From Eledone cirrhosa (Eukaryota), in contig OZ024766.1 in the NCBI GenBank assembly GCA_964016885.1, positions 16,306,001 through 16,370,000 on the forward strand: a stretch of DNA of 64,000 bases, written 5' to 3'. The translations under genes and the position numbers were made by a program. Numbering within the stretch: position 1 is the stretch's first letter; each line of letters opens with the position of its first letter. The notes under the pieces were generated by a model that was given only the letters and a program-made list of their open reading frames with translations, searched no databases and was not told the origin of the DNA. Below are positions 24,701-38,720 of the stretch, piece by piece.

Positions 24701-25125
24701 GTTGTCATACAGGTGTCCATGGCTGTCTTATTTAACTGGCTACTGCAGTGACTGCTCCTTCTACTCTCTTCTTCCAATGTCAGTTGTCATACAGGAGTCC
24801 ATGGCTGTCTTATTTAACTGGCTACTCCATTGATTTCCCCTTCTAGTCCCTTCTTCCAATGTCAGTTGTCATACAGGTGTCCATGGCTGTCTTATTTAAC
24901 TGGCTACTCCAGTGATTTCCACTTCTAGTCCCTTCTTCCAATGTCAGTTGTCATACAGGAGTCCATGGCTGTCTTATTTAACTGGCTACTCCAGTGATTT
25001 CCCCTTCTAGTCACTTCTTCCAATGTCAGTTGTCATACAGGTGTCCATGGCTGTCTTATTTAACTGGCTACTCCAGTGACTTCCCCTTCTAGTCTCTTCT
25101 TCCAATGTCAATTGCCCCATGCATG
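18782..25125. repeat. 82-bp satellite array C (~77 monomers)
   Basis: Same monomer; contains a 1628-bp higher-order duplication. Confidence 0.97.
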
Positions 25126-25520
25126 AGTTGTTGTTCTTTAGATGCTTCTTGGTATGTGCTGCACTCTTCCACCAAATCACCTGAGATCCTCAAATAACGT
25201 TGGTCCTTGAACAATATGCAGAAGTGACTGTAAATAAAAACTCTCTCTGTTGTTGGGGTGGTCATTGTAAACATGCCCAATAGCATCACTTGCCTTGACT
25301 TCATCACCTTCCACTAAATGACCCTGCTTCCTTTGATTCCAAGTCTTACAATTGGTCCAGGTGTAGTATTTTGGGATGTCAGCATATAGGAGGGATCGAA
25401 CAAATTCTTTATTCTGGCAGAGTTTCAAAAAAGCAGTTAGAGTAGTGTCAGGTGGTACTGGTGTCAACTAATGAGCAGTGGTTTCAGTGAAGTACACACT
25501 CTGTCCATTTTCTATATGTA
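25126..25520 (-). mobile_element. Helitron RepHel fragment, upstream half (module 3)
   Basis: ORF 25177-25467 with TTLTAFLKLCQ; in-frame stop upstream. Confidence 0.88.
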
Positions 25521-25529
25521 TAGAGATAA

Positions 25530-25735
25530 GGATGAAAAGCAAAGTTAATCTCTCAGAGGTTAGCTTTGCCTTTCATCCTTACGGGGTCGGTAAAATAAAG
25601 TACCAGTAATGTACTAGGGTAATTGCTGACCTTGTGCCTAATGTAGAAACAATTATTACGAGGTCGATAAAATAAAGTACCAGTAATTCACTGGGGTATT
25701 TACTGGCCTTGTGCCAAAAGTAGAAACAATTATCA
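25530..25735 (+). mobile_element. Truncated SINE with two tandem tails
   Basis: Paralog of 1174-1455. Confidence 0.75.
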
Positions 25736-26481
25736 CATTTCTTTTTTATAAATCACATCACTATATAATTAAGTACGACTGGAACTGTGTCTGAAGGTAT
25801 TAAATTATGTCAGGGACTTTTAACGTTTGACACCGTACGAGAGTTTAAACATTCGCCAAGACACCGAGTACCTGCTGTCTTCGTGATAACTTTAATTAAT
25901 CTAATTATATCTTGTGTAACAATTATATATATATACACACACACAATTTTAATACCCCGACACCAGTCTTACACTGTCATATCTATTCTTACTTTACAAT
26001 TGTGTCTACTAAGAGTTCCATTACAATCTGTAGTAGTAAAACTACTATTTCACCAGAACATCTGCTCTCAGTCATTTATAGACAATATATATATTTTAGA
26101 CCACATATCAACCTAATATATATATATTTCCTATCAAATCTGTAGCTAAAGACATAAAGTCAGCCTCACTACTTCATTCTAACAAGATATCAATTTATGA
26201 CTAAAGATGAAGAAGATACACCAACGTTAATGTCGTGAAATAAAGCTGATAACATTGAAACTTCTAATTTGATAACAAAGAGATTATTTCTTTGGTTGTT
26301 TAGTAACAACTAACAACACAACACATTGATTATATTTGAAGGAGGTAAGTTGACAAAGATTTACTTAATGTCTATATTAATGTGTGTAAATAATATAATT
26401 ATGTGACCCCTACAACGATCTAGTAATTAACCAGATTCCACTGTTACATGTGATATAAAATATATTGTTATCATGACTGTC

Positions 26482-26820
26482 TTTATTATTTAAATTACCT
26501 CCGTCTATTTAATTATCTTGTTCACTACCTTACATTATAAAATATAGTTTATATTTAGCTGTACCTTGTTATTGCTTTAAATAAATTAAAGATATATTTA
26601 TTATTTAAATTACCTCCGTCTATTTAATTATCTTGTTCACTACCTTACATTATAAAATATAGTTTATATTTAGCTATACCTTGTTATTGCTTTAAGTAAA
26701 TTAAAGATATCTTTATTATTTAAATTACCTCCGTCTATTTAATTATGTGGTTCACTACCTTACATTATAAAATATATTTTATATTTAGCTGTACCGTGTT
26801 GTTGCTTTAAGTAAATTAAT
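26482..26820. repeat. 115-bp AT-rich minisatellite, ~3 copies
   Basis: Same unit as 2192-2500. Confidence 0.9.
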
Positions 26821-27089
26821 ATTTTGTCTATTTTAGTCTAAATCTCTTACAATTTAATTAACTTCATCTACTTATGGTTGAACATTACTTTATTGTGGGT
26901 TTCATTTCATTAAAATTATGTCTGAGTTAGCCAGCCAAGTAGTGGTTGAGTATCTGTATTTCAGGGCACTGCTTTGATGGTGAAGGGACATCTGTTGGTG
27001 TGGGATCTCGGTGGCTGTACATAATAAGGTTCTAATACTCTAAAGAGCTAGCTGAATAACCGTCTGATACATGTCTTGTATAGAGGATC

Positions 27090-28006
27090 ATAAAGCCATG
27101 TATAGAAGAGTAGTCAGCAATGTCAGGATTAACATTCATAGTGAAGTGGCAGTATCGGTAGAGAGTCGGACACCATGCTTTGAGGCACAGAGTTACGTCC
27201 CTTTATGATCTGAGTTCAAATCCCGCCGAGGTTAACTTTGCCTTACATCCATGTGGGGTCTATAAAATAAAGTACCAGTAATGTACTGGGTAATTGCTGG
27301 CCTTATGTTTAAAATAGAAACGATTATAGTGAAGAATTTGGAGTGTAATCTGGTGTCCACCAGGGCTCTGTTCTTAGCCCTCACTTAGTTATTATCGTCC
27401 TGCAGCCTATAACAGAGATGTTTAAGACTGGCTGCCCATGGGCACTCCTGTATGCTCAGCAGGTCCTGAAGAATGCGATCATATGCATTTTCAAGGTCTA
27501 TAAAACGATAATATATACCTCTTAGCAATACTCCCACGATTTCACAAAGACCTGCCACATAGTGAATAATTGGTGGGTTATGTTGCACCCAGGGAGAAAA
27601 CAGCACTATCCATCAGCTAGCTTGGACTCGATACATCACTTTGCCAGAAACTTAGCATATACTTTACCAGGGAGGCTTAACAAGGTGATCCCTCTCTATT
27701 TGGAACAATCTCTCGTGTCTCCCTTTTTATAAATTGCGATTATTACTCCCGAGTGCCATTTCAGAGACCCAGGCCATCTGACACACATGAGTTGGTCACA
27801 TTTGAGCTCTTTAATTGCTCTTGTGACCTCAGCCTCCGAGAGATTAGTCACCGCTGTCAGATTCACCTCATGTACATCCGAAGATGCTGTTGTGATCGGG
27901 TTTGGGAGATCAGCAAAGTATTCTCTCCACCTCATGAGGATCCATCTCTCTGAAGAGAAGAGAACCCCAGATACACTCATGGTTGCAGGTGTGGAGGAAG
28001 ATTTCT
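27090..28006. mobile_element. RTE-like LINE fragments (+ to 27456, - from 27457) with SINE at 27147-27322
   Basis: ORFs contain WHSGVIIAIYKKGDTRDCSK and FIDLENAYDRI. Confidence 0.87.
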
Positions 28007-28525
28007 TGTAACTAATTAAAAATTAAAATAATTTGATTTTTCAATAAAAAGTTTCTAGGGTTTATAGATGTAAAGTTTCCACTGTTAAATCTATCTCTGC
28101 TTCTTAAGTATTCTCTATTATCTCATACTGTTTCTTTTTCATTTCAGAATATCAGATGACATTGGGATAAATTATTATTTTCAATCTTGGATACATCACC
28201 TCTATTTATCATCATTTGAAGATTAAAACTTTTTAAACAGAACTTATATAACACTGTTTATATAAATCTATCAGAATTACTGTGATATATTTCCTCAGAA
28301 CTGAGTTTAAAGACAAAATTCCTTTTCTTCACAGTGTGGTATATATATGGGAGATATATTTTGTATTTTAACTCAGCTTCAATGACAAAGAAGTTTGATC
28401 ATTTCAGATATTAACTGAGATCATAATTGAGGGAAATATAACAGAAGTAATATTTTTTAGGAATATAATATAAAAAATATTAAAGAATAACATCTGTAAA
28501 TTCTGCCAAGGGAAGAAGAATTATT

Positions 28526-30139
28526 ATGGAAAATATATTGAGTGAAAAGAAGATTAAATGTGAAACAATGTCTAAAGATATGGCTATTACAGAAGAGATG
28601 TCAAAGGATAGAGGAGAGAAGCCATATCACTGTGATGTCTGTGGTAAATCATTCTCTGTTAGGAGTAAATTAACTAGTCACAAACGTACCCATACAGGAG
28701 AGAAGCCATATAACTGTGATATCTGTGATAAATCATTCTCTGAAAGTGGTACCTTAACTATACACAAACGTATACATACAGTAGAGAAGTCATATCACTG
28801 TGATATCTGTGGTAAATCATTCTTTGTTAATGGTAATTTAACAAGACACAAACGTACACATACAGGAGAGAAGCCATACCACTGTGATATCTGTGGTAAA
28901 TCATTCTCTCGAAGTAGTCACTTAACTGGCCACAAACGGACACATACGGGTGAGAAGCCATATCGCTGTTTTATCTGTGGTAAATCATTCTCTCTAAGTA
29001 GTATATTAACTTTTCACGTACGTACCCATACAGGTGACAAACCATATCACTGTGATATCTGTGGTAAATCATTCTCTCGAAATAATATATTAACTTGTCA
29101 CATACGTACCCATACAGGAGACAAGCCATATCACTGTGATATCTGTGGTAAATCATTCTCTCGAAGTAGTAAATTAACTAACCACATGCATATACATATA
29201 GGTGAGAAACCATATCGCTGTGATATTTGTGGTAAATCATTCTCTCGAAATAATACATTAACTTGTCACATACGTACCCATACAGGAGACAAGCCATATC
29301 ACTGTGATATCTGTGGTAAATCATTCTCTCTAAGTAGTATATTAACTTTTCACGTATGTACCCATACAGGTGACAAACCATATCACTGTGATATCTGTGG
29401 TAAATCATTCTCTCGAAATAATATATTAACTTGTCACATACGTACCCATACAGGAGACAAGCCATATCACTGTGATATCTGTGGTAAATCATTCTCTCAA
29501 AGTGGTCACTTAACTAGCCACAAACGTACCCATACAGTAGAGAAACCATATCGCTGTGATATCTGTGGTAAATCATTCTTTGTTAATAGTAAATTAACTA
29601 GACACAAACGTGTACATACAGTAGACAAGCCATATCACTATGATATCTGTGGTAAATCATTCTCTGATAGTGGTAGCTTAACTAGCCACAAACGTATACA
29701 TATAAGAGAGAAGCCATATCACTGTGATATCTGTGGTAAATCATTCTCTCAAAGTCCTGGCTTAACTAGGCACAAACGTATACATACAGGAGACAAGCCA
29801 TATCACTGTGATATCTGTGGTAAATCATTCTCTCAAAGTCCTGGCTTAACTAGGCACAAACGTATACATACAGGAGAGAAGCCATATCACTGTGATATCT
29901 GTGGTAAATCATTCTCTGAAAGTGGTAACTTAACTAGCCACAAACGTATACATACAGGAGAGAAGCCATATCACTGTGATATCTGTGGTAAATCATTCTC
30001 TGAAAGTGGTAACTTAACTAGCCACAAACGTATACATACAGGTGAGAAGCCACATCACTGTGATATCTGTGGTAAATCATTCTCTCAATTAAGTAGTTTA
30101 ACTAGACACAGATATACCCATACAGGTAAGAAACCATAA
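28526..30139 (+). CDS. C2H2 zinc-finger protein, 537 aa, 18 fingers (finger 13 has lost its first Cys)
   Basis: Uninterrupted ORF; YHYDIC in finger 13. Confidence 0.95.
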   Translation: MENILSEKKIKCETMSKDMAITEEMSKDRGEKPYHCDVCGKSFSVRSKLTSHKRTHTGEKPYNCDICDKSFSESGTLTIHKRIHTVEKSYHCDICGKSFFVNGNLTRHKRTHTGEKPYHCDICGKSFSRSSHLTGHKRTHTGEKPYRCFICGKSFSLSSILTFHVRTHTGDKPYHCDICGKSFSRNNILTCHIRTHTGDKPYHCDICGKSFSRSSKLTNHMHIHIGEKPYRCDICGKSFSRNNTLTCHIRTHTGDKPYHCDICGKSFSLSSILTFHVCTHTGDKPYHCDICGKSFSRNNILTCHIRTHTGDKPYHCDICGKSFSQSGHLTSHKRTHTVEKPYRCDICGKSFFVNSKLTRHKRVHTVDKPYHYDICGKSFSDSGSLTSHKRIHIREKPYHCDICGKSFSQSPGLTRHKRIHTGDKPYHCDICGKSFSQSPGLTRHKRIHTGEKPYHCDICGKSFSESGNLTSHKRIHTGEKPYHCDICGKSFSESGNLTSHKRIHTGEKPHHCDICGKSFSQLSSLTRHRYTHTGKKP

Positions 30140-30745
30140 CAAAGTCATATCTCATTGTCTCAAAATTGTAAATAAATTATACACAAATACATTCATATGA
30201 GTGAGAAGCCATACCACTGTGATATTGTGGAGAAATTATTCTCTTGTATTGCTACATTAACTACATACAAACATAAATATATACTGGAGAAAAGCCATTT
30301 TACTGTGATATCTGGGGGAAATTGTTATCTATAAAAGCTAGCTTAACTAGACAGAAACATATACATACAGGAGAGAAACCATATCACTGTGATATCTGTG
30401 GGAAATCATTCTCTGAAATAAGTCACTTCACTCAGCATTAACAATTACAGAAAAGGGACCATATCACTGTGATATCTGCAGTAAATCATTCTCTAAATAT
30501 TGTGGCTTCACTACACACTAACATATACAGGAGAGGAACCATATCACTGATATCTGCAGTAAATCATTCTCTAAATGTGGCTTCACTAGACACTAACATA
30601 TACAGGAGAGGAACTATATCACTGTGATGTCTGTGGTAAATCCTTCTCTAAATTTTGAGGCTTCCCTACACACTAACATATACAGGAGAGGAACCATATC
30701 ACTGTGTTGTCTGTGGTAAATCATTTTCTAAATGTTGTGGTACCA
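30140..30745 (+). pseudogene. About 8 decayed zinc-finger units in the 3'UTR
   Basis: Frameshifted finger units. Confidence 0.9.
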
Positions 30746-31169
30746 ACATAAGGTTACTTAATGTAACAGAAACACAATCAGACAAGATAAAAACGATATC
30801 ACTCACCCAAAATAGTGCCACCAATGTTGTTAATGTTTTGAATAAAACTTGTTTGTTCTGAAATTATTCTCCTTTCATTTTATTAGTAGAAGTTGTAACC
30901 AAGACTTATGCTGACAAATCTGTATGGTACAGAATTTACAAACACTGTATATTTTTGTGCCAAAACATCTATGATCTCGGTTTACAGCTGATGAAGGGTT
31001 TATTTTCTCCTTTTATCCATATTACCATCTTAAACTTTGTTTACAGTAACCACACAGATCCTTTCGTTTCTTATAATTTTATATATATATGACAAAGGAA
31101 GGGTGGTAAAGAACCAGATGGACCATATACGCACCAGAGTACTCAATACTTAGGGTAGTAGAGCGGGTA

Positions 31170-31292
31170 ATAGGAAAATGTTTAACCCCGACGGCAGAAC
31201 TCAATCCGTTTCGACGGCTATTTCTGGAAACAGTCCAGAAATAACCGTCGAAATGGCTTGAGCTCTGCCGTCGGTGTTAAACATTTTCCTAT
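31170..31292. repeat. Palindrome IR1 (module 3)
   Basis: Paralog of 6803-6925. Confidence 0.93.
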
Positions 31293-31624
31293 ATATATAT
31301 ATATATATATATATGTATGAGTGTATATGTCAGTGTGTAGAAGTTTCTGTCCATGAAAATGATTATCTTTATTTGTGTATATGTGTGTGTGTGTATATGT
31401 ATGTGTATGTTTATATGTGTTCTTATATACATGTGTGCACATCTTGATATATTTTCAGTGTCTGTTCTAGTTCTCAGAGTACAAATCCTACTGAGGTAAA
31501 GTTGCTTCGATATTTTGAGGCCAATAAATGAAATACCAGTGAAATACTGGGGTGGTTAATTCCTCTTCTTTGTCATTGTCTGTTTGTCTACTCTTCTCTT
31601 TCTCTGTATATATATATATATATA

Positions 31625-31814
31625 TCCAAAATTTAGATAAATAAAATTAATCTATATCAAATTATGGGTGTCATGCCAGAAAGACATGCGCCATATCACT
31701 CGTAAAATAAGCCCCATGGAGCTTATTTTATTAGTGATATGGCGCCTGTCTTATTGGCATGACACCCATGATTCGATTCAGATTAATTTTATTTTAATTT
31801 ATCTTAATTTTGGA
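31625..31814. repeat. Palindrome IR2 (module 3)
   Basis: Paralog of 7241-7430. Confidence 0.92.
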
Positions 31815-32632
31815 AATATATATATAAATACGGCCTCTTAATTGTAGAGCTAACTCTGTTGAAAGAACCTGACTGCTGTTTCTAGTTGTCAATAACCCTA
31901 TTCACGCCACTGGGACGAAGCTGGTATGATGTGTTTATTTTTAGTAAATACAGCACGTGTTACTGGTCAGTCGCTGATTTGAACTTGATGCGTAAACACA
32001 GATGGTTGGACTTCTTCCTGGTTGAGAATCCAAGATCTGGCTACTGTCGTTTACCAATCGATTAATTGGTGAAATATATTTCTTTAATGGAATATATACA
32101 AGGAAGATTAATCATTTTCTAAGGTATCTATTTTTGAAGTTCTAGTTAAACTTTATTTAGTTACCTACCTAGCTATGTGTGCTTACACACTTTTACAAAT
32201 TATCCCCTGTGATTGTTTCATATGTTTATTTATATGTCAATCAATTTCTAGCTGATATATATATATATATATATATATACGTGGAAAAGTAAAATATAGC
32301 AGAACAGACCGTTAAAAGATGTTTATTTAAAATAGCACCTATGTAATGAAGACATGACAAATTGTCCTCGCGCTCTCTCTATATTTATAGAAAAGGTGAA
32401 GTTGGAAATAGCACGGAAAATATATTTTAAGGGTCTGTTTTTCTGTTATTTATCTTTTGATTCGTCAAAGTGACATTATTGAAAAAATGGGAGGGACATC
32501 ATCATTCATCATCATTTCATTTCACGTCCGCATTTTCCCTGCTTGCAAGGGTGGGACAGGAACTGATTGTTGCTTGATTTCTACAGATGGATGCCCTTCC
32601 TAACGCCAACCTCATTTACAGAGAGTGCTGGG

Positions 32633-32984
32633 TGTTGTCATGTTGAATATTTTTCATGATGTTGTGGTAGGCATATTTCTGGTCATCCACCAGTCAAGGT
32701 TTATTTTCATCCACAAACTTACGCAACACTTCAATATCATGGTTTGTCTCCTGAAAAACTGATTGTATTACCTCAATTTCTTCTGGCTCTGGCATCCTGC
32801 ATTGCTGTAATTCAATGGGACAGGTTGCACAGAGCTTGATTGTAAATCTTGGAGGTAGATTCCACATAAATATTGCTATAACGTCTTTGGGCTACGTGTA
32901 GATAGTCGTCTGACATATTGTTTTTGTGCTCCTGCCAGGGACGATGAGATTTATTCCACATGCTGTGAGTATAGTAGCAAACAA
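32633..32984 (-). mobile_element. Helitron RepHel fragment, downstream half
   Basis: WQEHKNNMSDDYLH..IYNQAL. Confidence 0.8.
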
Positions 32985-33385
32985 CTGTCTTAGTTAACTG
33001 GCTACTCCAGTGACTGCTCCTTCTAGTCCCTTCTTCCAATGTCAGTTGTCATACAGGTGTCCATGGCTGTCTTATTTAACTGGCTACTCCAGTGACTGCT
33101 CCTTTTAGTCCCTTCTTCCAATGTCAGTTGCAATACAGGAGTCCATGGCTGTCTTATTTAACTGGCTACTCCAGTGACTGCTCCTTCTAGTCTCTTCTTC
33201 CAATGTCAATTGTCATACAGGAGTCCATGGCTGTCTTATTTAACTGGCTACTCCAGTGACTGCTCCTTCTAGTCTCTTCTTCCAATCTCAGTTGTCATAC
33301 AGAAGTCCATGGCTGTCTTATTTAACTGGCTACTCCAGTGACTGCTCCTTCTAGTCTCTTCTTCCAATATCAATTGCCATGCAGA
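32985..33385. repeat. 82-bp satellite array D (~5 monomers)
   Basis: Same monomer. Confidence 0.97.
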
Positions 33386-33780
33386 ATTTGATGTTCTTTA
33401 GATGCTTCTTGTTATTTGCTGCACTCTGCCACCAAATCACCTGAGATCCTCAAATGATGTTGGTCCTTGAACAATATGCAGAAGTGGCTGTAAATAAAAA
33501 CTCTCTCTGTTGTTGGGGTGGTCATTGTAAACATGCCCAATAGCATCACTTGTCTTGACTTCATCACCTTCCACTAAATGACCCTGCTTCCTTTGATTCC
33601 AAGTCTTACAATTGGTCCAGGTGTAGTATTTTGGGATGTCAGCATATAGGAGGGATCGAACAAATTCTTTATTCTGGCAGTGTTTCAAAAAAGCAGTTAG
33701 AGTAGTGTCAGGTGGTGCTGGTGTCAACTGATGAGCAGTGGTTTCAGTGAAGTACACACTCTGTCCATTTTCTATATGTA
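33386..33780 (-). mobile_element. Helitron RepHel fragment, upstream half (module 4)
   Basis: ORF 33437-33802. Confidence 0.88.
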
Positions 33781-33789
33781 TAGAGATAA

Positions 33790-34070
33790 GGATGAAAAGC
33801 AAAGTTAATCCCTCAGAGGTTAGCTTTGCCTTTCATCCCTACGGGGTCGGTAAAATAAAGTACCAGTAATGTACTGGGGTATTGCTGGCCTTGTGCCTAA
33901 TGTAGAAACAATTATTACAGGGTCGATAAAATATAGTACCAGTAATGCACTGGCGTATTTACTGGCCTTGTGCCTAAAGTAGAAACAATTATTACGGGGT
34001 CGATAAAATAATGTACCAGTAATACACTAGGGTAATTGCTGGCCTTGTGCCAAAAGTAGAAACAATTATC
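33790..34070 (+). mobile_element. Truncated SINE with three tandem tails
   Basis: Paralog of 1174-1455. Confidence 0.75.
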
Positions 34071-34815
34071 ACATTTCTTTTTAATAAATCACATCACTAT
34101 AGAATTAAATACGACTGGAACTGTGTGTCAAGGTATTAAATTATGTCAGGGACTTTTAACGTTTGACACCGGTACGAGAGTTGAAACATTCGCTAAGACA
34201 CCGAGTACTTGCTGTCTTCATTATAACTTTAATTAATCTAATTATATCTTGTGTAACAATTATATATATATACACACACACAATTTTAATTCCTCGACAT
34301 CAGTCTTACACTGTCATATATATTCTTACTTTACAATTGTGTCTACTAAGAGTTCCATTACAATCTGTAGTAGTAAAACTACTATTTCACCAGAATATCT
34401 GCTATCAGTCATTTATAGACAATATATATATTTTAGACCACATATCCACCTAATATATATATATTTCCTATCAAATCTGTAGCTAAAGACATAAAGTCAG
34501 CCTCACTACTTCATTCTGACAAGATATCAATTTATGACTAAAGATGAAGAAGATACACCAACGTTAATGTCGTGAAATAAAGCTGATCACATTGAAACTT
34601 CTAATTTGATAACAAAGAGATTATTTCTTTGGTTGTTTAGTAACAACTAACAACACAATACATTAATTATATGCGAAGGAGGTAAGTTGACAAAGATTTA
34701 CTTAATGTCTATATTAATGTGTGTAAATAATATAATTATGTGACCCCTACAACGCACCAGTAATTAACCAGATTCCACTGTTCCATGTGATATAAAATAT
34801 ATTGTTATGACTGTC

Positions 34816-35270
34816 TTTATTATTTAAATTACCTCCGTCTATTTAATTATCTAGTTCACTACCTTACATTATAAAATATAGTTTATATTTAGCTGTACCT
34901 TGTTATTGTTTTAAGTAAATTAAATTTATATTTATTATTTAAATTACCCCGTCAATTTAATTATCTTGTTCACTACCTTACATTATAAAATATAGTTTAT
35001 ATTTAGCTGTACCTTGTTATTGTTTTAAGTAAATTAAAGCTATATTTATTATTTAAATTACCCCCGTCAATTTAATTATATGGTTCACTACCTTACATTA
35101 TAAAATATAGTTTATATTTAGCTGTACCTTGTCATTGCTTTAAGTAAATTAAAGATATATTTATTATTTAAATTACCTCCGTCTATTTAATTATGTGGTT
35201 CACTACCTTACATTATAAAATATAGTTTATATTTAGCTGTACCTTGTTATTGCTTTAAGTAAATTAATAT
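34816..35270. repeat. 115-bp AT-rich minisatellite, ~4 copies
   Basis: Same unit as 2192-2500. Confidence 0.9.
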
Positions 35271-35536
35271 TTTGTCTGTTTTAGTCTAAATCTCTTACAA
35301 TTTAATTAACTTCATCTACTTATGGTTGAACATTACTTTATTGTGGGTTTCATTTTATTATAATTATGTCTGATTAGCCAGCCAAGTAGGGGTTGAGTAT
35401 CTGTATTTCAGGGAACTGCTTTGATGGTGAAGGGACATCTGTTGGTGTGGGATCTCGGTGGCTGTACATAATAAGGTTCTAATACTCTAAAGAGCTAGCT
35501 GAATAACCGTCTGATACATGTCTTGTATAGAGGATC

Positions 35537-36470
35537 ATAAAGCCATGTATAGAAGAGCAGTCAGCAATGTCAGGATTAACATTCATTATAGTGAAGTGGC
35601 AGTATCGGTAGAGAGTCGGACACCATGCTTTGAGGCACAGAGTTACGTCCCTTTATGATCTGAGTTCAAATCCCGCCGAGGTTAACTTTGCCTTACATCC
35701 ATACGGGGTCGATAAAATAAAGTACCAGTAATGTACTGGGTAATTGCTGGCCTTGTGTTTAAAATAGAAACAATTATAGTGAATAATTTGGAGTGTAGTC
35801 TGGTGTCCACCAGGGCTCTGTTCTTAGCCCTCACTTAGTTATTATCGTCCTGCAGCCTATAACAGAGATGTTTAAGACTGGCTGCCCATGGGAACTCCTG
35901 TATGCTCAGCAGGTCCTGAAGAATGCGGTCATGTGCATTTTCCAGTTCTATAAAACGATAATATATACCTCTTAGCAATACTCCCACGATTTCTCAAAGA
36001 CCTGCCACAGTGTGAATATTTGGTGGGTTATGTTGCACCCAGGGAGCAAACAGCACTGTCCATCAGCTAGCTTGGACTCGCTACATCACTTTGCCAGAAA
36101 CTTTGCATATACTTTACCAGGGAGTCATAACAAGGTGATCCCTCTCTATTTGGAACAATCTCTCATGTGTCCCTTTTTATAAATTGGGATTATCACTCCC
36201 GATTGCCATTGCTTGAGTGCCATTTCAGAGACCCAGGCCATCTGACACACATGAGCCGGTCACATTTGAGCTCTTTAATTGCTCTTGTGACCTCAGCCTC
36301 CGAGAGATTAGTCACCGCTATCAGATTCACCTCATGTACATCCAAAGATGCTGTTGTGATCGGGTTTGGGAGATCAGCAAAGTATTCTCTCCACCTCATG
36401 AGGATCCATCTCTCTGAAGAGAAAAGAACCCCAGATACACTCATGGTTGCAGGTGTGGAGAAAGATATCT
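35537..36470. mobile_element. RTE-like LINE fragments (+ to 35906, - from 35907) with SINE at 35597-35772
   Basis: Paralog of 2757-3690. Confidence 0.85.
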
Positions 36471-36993
36471 TGTAACTAATTAAAAACTAAAATAATTTGA
36501 TTTTTCAATAAAAAGTTTCCAGGGTTTATAGATGTAAAATTTCCACTGTTAAATCTATCTCTGCTTCTTAAGTATACTCTATTATTTCATACTGTTTCTT
36601 TTTCATTTCAGAATATCAGATGACATTGGGATAAATTATTTTTTTCAATCTTGGATACATCACCTCTATTTATCATCATTTGAAGATTAAAACTTTTTAA
36701 ACAGAACTTATATAACACTGTTTATATAAATCAATCAGAATTACTGTGATATATTTCCTCAGAACTGAGTTTAAAGACAAAATTCCTTTTCTTCACTGTG
36801 TGGTATATATATATGAGAGATATATTTTGTATTTTAACTCAGCTTCAATGACAAAGAAGTTTGCATCATCTTCAGGTATTAACTGAGATCATAATTGAGG
36901 GAAATATAACAAAAATAATATTTTTTAGGAATATAATATAAAAAATATTAAAGAATAACATCTGTAAATTCTGCCAAAGGAAGAAGAATTATT

Positions 36994-38271
36994 ATGGAAA
37001 ATAAATTGAGGGAAAAGAAGATTAAATGTGAAACAATGTCTAAAGATATGGCTATTACAGAAGAGATGTCAAAGGATAGAGGAGAGAAGCCATATCACTG
37101 TGATGTTTGTGGTAAATCATTCTCTGAAAGTGGTAACTTAACTAGACACAAACGTATACATACAGAAGAGAAGCCATATCACTGTGATATCTGTGGTAAA
37201 TCATTCTTTGTTAATGGTAATTTAACAAGCCACAAACGTACACATACAGGAGAGAAGCCATATCACTGTGATATCTGTGGTAAATCATTCTCTCAAAGTA
37301 GTAATTTAACTAGCCACATGCGTATACATACAGGTGAGAAGCCATATCACTGTGATATCTGTGGTAAATTATTCTTTGTTAATAGTAAATTAACTAGACA
37401 CAAACGTACACATACAGGAGAGAAGCCATATCACTGTGATATCTGTGGTAAATCATTCTCTCTAAGTAGTATATTAACTTGTCACATCCGTACCCATACA
37501 GGTGACAAGCAATATCACTGTGATATCTGTGGCAAATCATTCTCTGAAAGTGGTACCTTAACTAGACACAAGCGTATACATACAGGAGAGAAGCCATATC
37601 ACTGTGATATCTGTGGTAAATCATTCTCTTTTAGTATTAATATAAATTCTCACATACGTACTCATACAGGAGAGAAGCCATATCACTGTGATATCTGTGG
37701 TAAATCATTCTTTAATAATATTAGTTTAACTAGACACGAACGTACCCATTCAGGAGAGAAGCCATATCACTGTGATATCTGTGGTAAATCATTCTCTGAA
37801 AGTGGTACCTTAACTAGCCACAAACGTATACATACAGGAGACAAGCCATATCACTGTGATATCTGTGGTAAATCATTCTCTCGAAGAAGTTGCTTAACTG
37901 AGCACTTACGTATCCATACAGGTGAGAAGCCATATCACTGTGATATCTGTAGTAAATCATTCTCTGATAGTGGTACCTTAACTAGCCACATACGTATACA
38001 TACAGGAGAGAAGCCATATCACTGTGATATCTGTAGTAAATCATTCTCTGAAAGTGGTACCTTAACTAGACACAAACGTATCCATACAGGAGAGAAGCCA
38101 TATCACTGTGATATCTGTGGTAAATCATTCTCTGAAAGTGGTACCTTAACTAGACACAAACGTATCCATACAGGAGAGAAGCCATATCACTGTGATATCT
38201 GTGGTATATCATTCTCTCAATTAAGTAGTTTAACTAAACACAAATATACCCATACAGGTAAGAAACCATAA
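36994..38271 (+). CDS. C2H2 zinc-finger protein, 425 aa, 14 fingers
   Basis: Uninterrupted ORF with 14 fingers. Confidence 0.95.
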   Translation: MENKLREKKIKCETMSKDMAITEEMSKDRGEKPYHCDVCGKSFSESGNLTRHKRIHTEEKPYHCDICGKSFFVNGNLTSHKRTHTGEKPYHCDICGKSFSQSSNLTSHMRIHTGEKPYHCDICGKLFFVNSKLTRHKRTHTGEKPYHCDICGKSFSLSSILTCHIRTHTGDKQYHCDICGKSFSESGTLTRHKRIHTGEKPYHCDICGKSFSFSININSHIRTHTGEKPYHCDICGKSFFNNISLTRHERTHSGEKPYHCDICGKSFSESGTLTSHKRIHTGDKPYHCDICGKSFSRRSCLTEHLRIHTGEKPYHCDICSKSFSDSGTLTSHIRIHTGEKPYHCDICSKSFSESGTLTRHKRIHTGEKPYHCDICGKSFSESGTLTRHKRIHTGEKPYHCDICGISFSQLSSLTKHKYTHTGKKP

Positions 38272-38720
38272 CAAAGTCATATCTCATTGTCTCAAAATTG
38301 TAAATTAATTAGACACAAATACATTCATATGAGTGAGAAGCCATACCACTGTGGTATTGTGGAGAAATAATTCTCTTGTATTGCTACATTAACTACATAC
38401 AAACATAAATATATACTGGAGAAAAGCCATATTACTGTGATATCTGTGGAAATTGTTATCTATAAAAGCTAGCTTAACTAGACACAAACATATATATACA
38501 GGAGAGGAACTATATCACTGTGATATCTGTGGGAAATCATTCTCTGAAATAAGTCACTTCACTCAGCACTAACATTTACAGAAAAGGAACCATATCACTG
38601 TGATATCTGCAGTAAATCATTCTCTAAATGTTGTGACTTCACTAGACACTAACATATACAGGAGAGGAACTGTATCACTGTGATGTCTGTGGTAAATCAT
38701 TTTCTAAATGTTCTGGTACC
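38272..38720 (+). pseudogene. About 6 decayed zinc-finger units in the 3'UTR
   Basis: Frameshifted finger units. Confidence 0.9.

Larger units (their letters stand above)
26345..28147 (+). other. Putative 5'UTR intron of ZNF gene 3
   Basis: GAG|GTAAGT ... TTTCAG. Confidence 0.7.
34682..36611 (+). other. Putative 5'UTR intron of ZNF gene 4
   Basis: GAG|GTAAGT ... TTTCAG. Confidence 0.7.

Noticed and set aside
18782-25125. Satellite as a decayed zinc-finger array or a repetitive protein gene
   Set aside because: 82 bp is not a multiple of 3, stops recur, there is no Cys/His periodicity, and the flanks tie it to Helitron sequence.
28971-29492. Antisense repetitive ORFs in ZNF genes (also 4850-5044)
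   Set aside because: By-products of the 84-bp periodicity.
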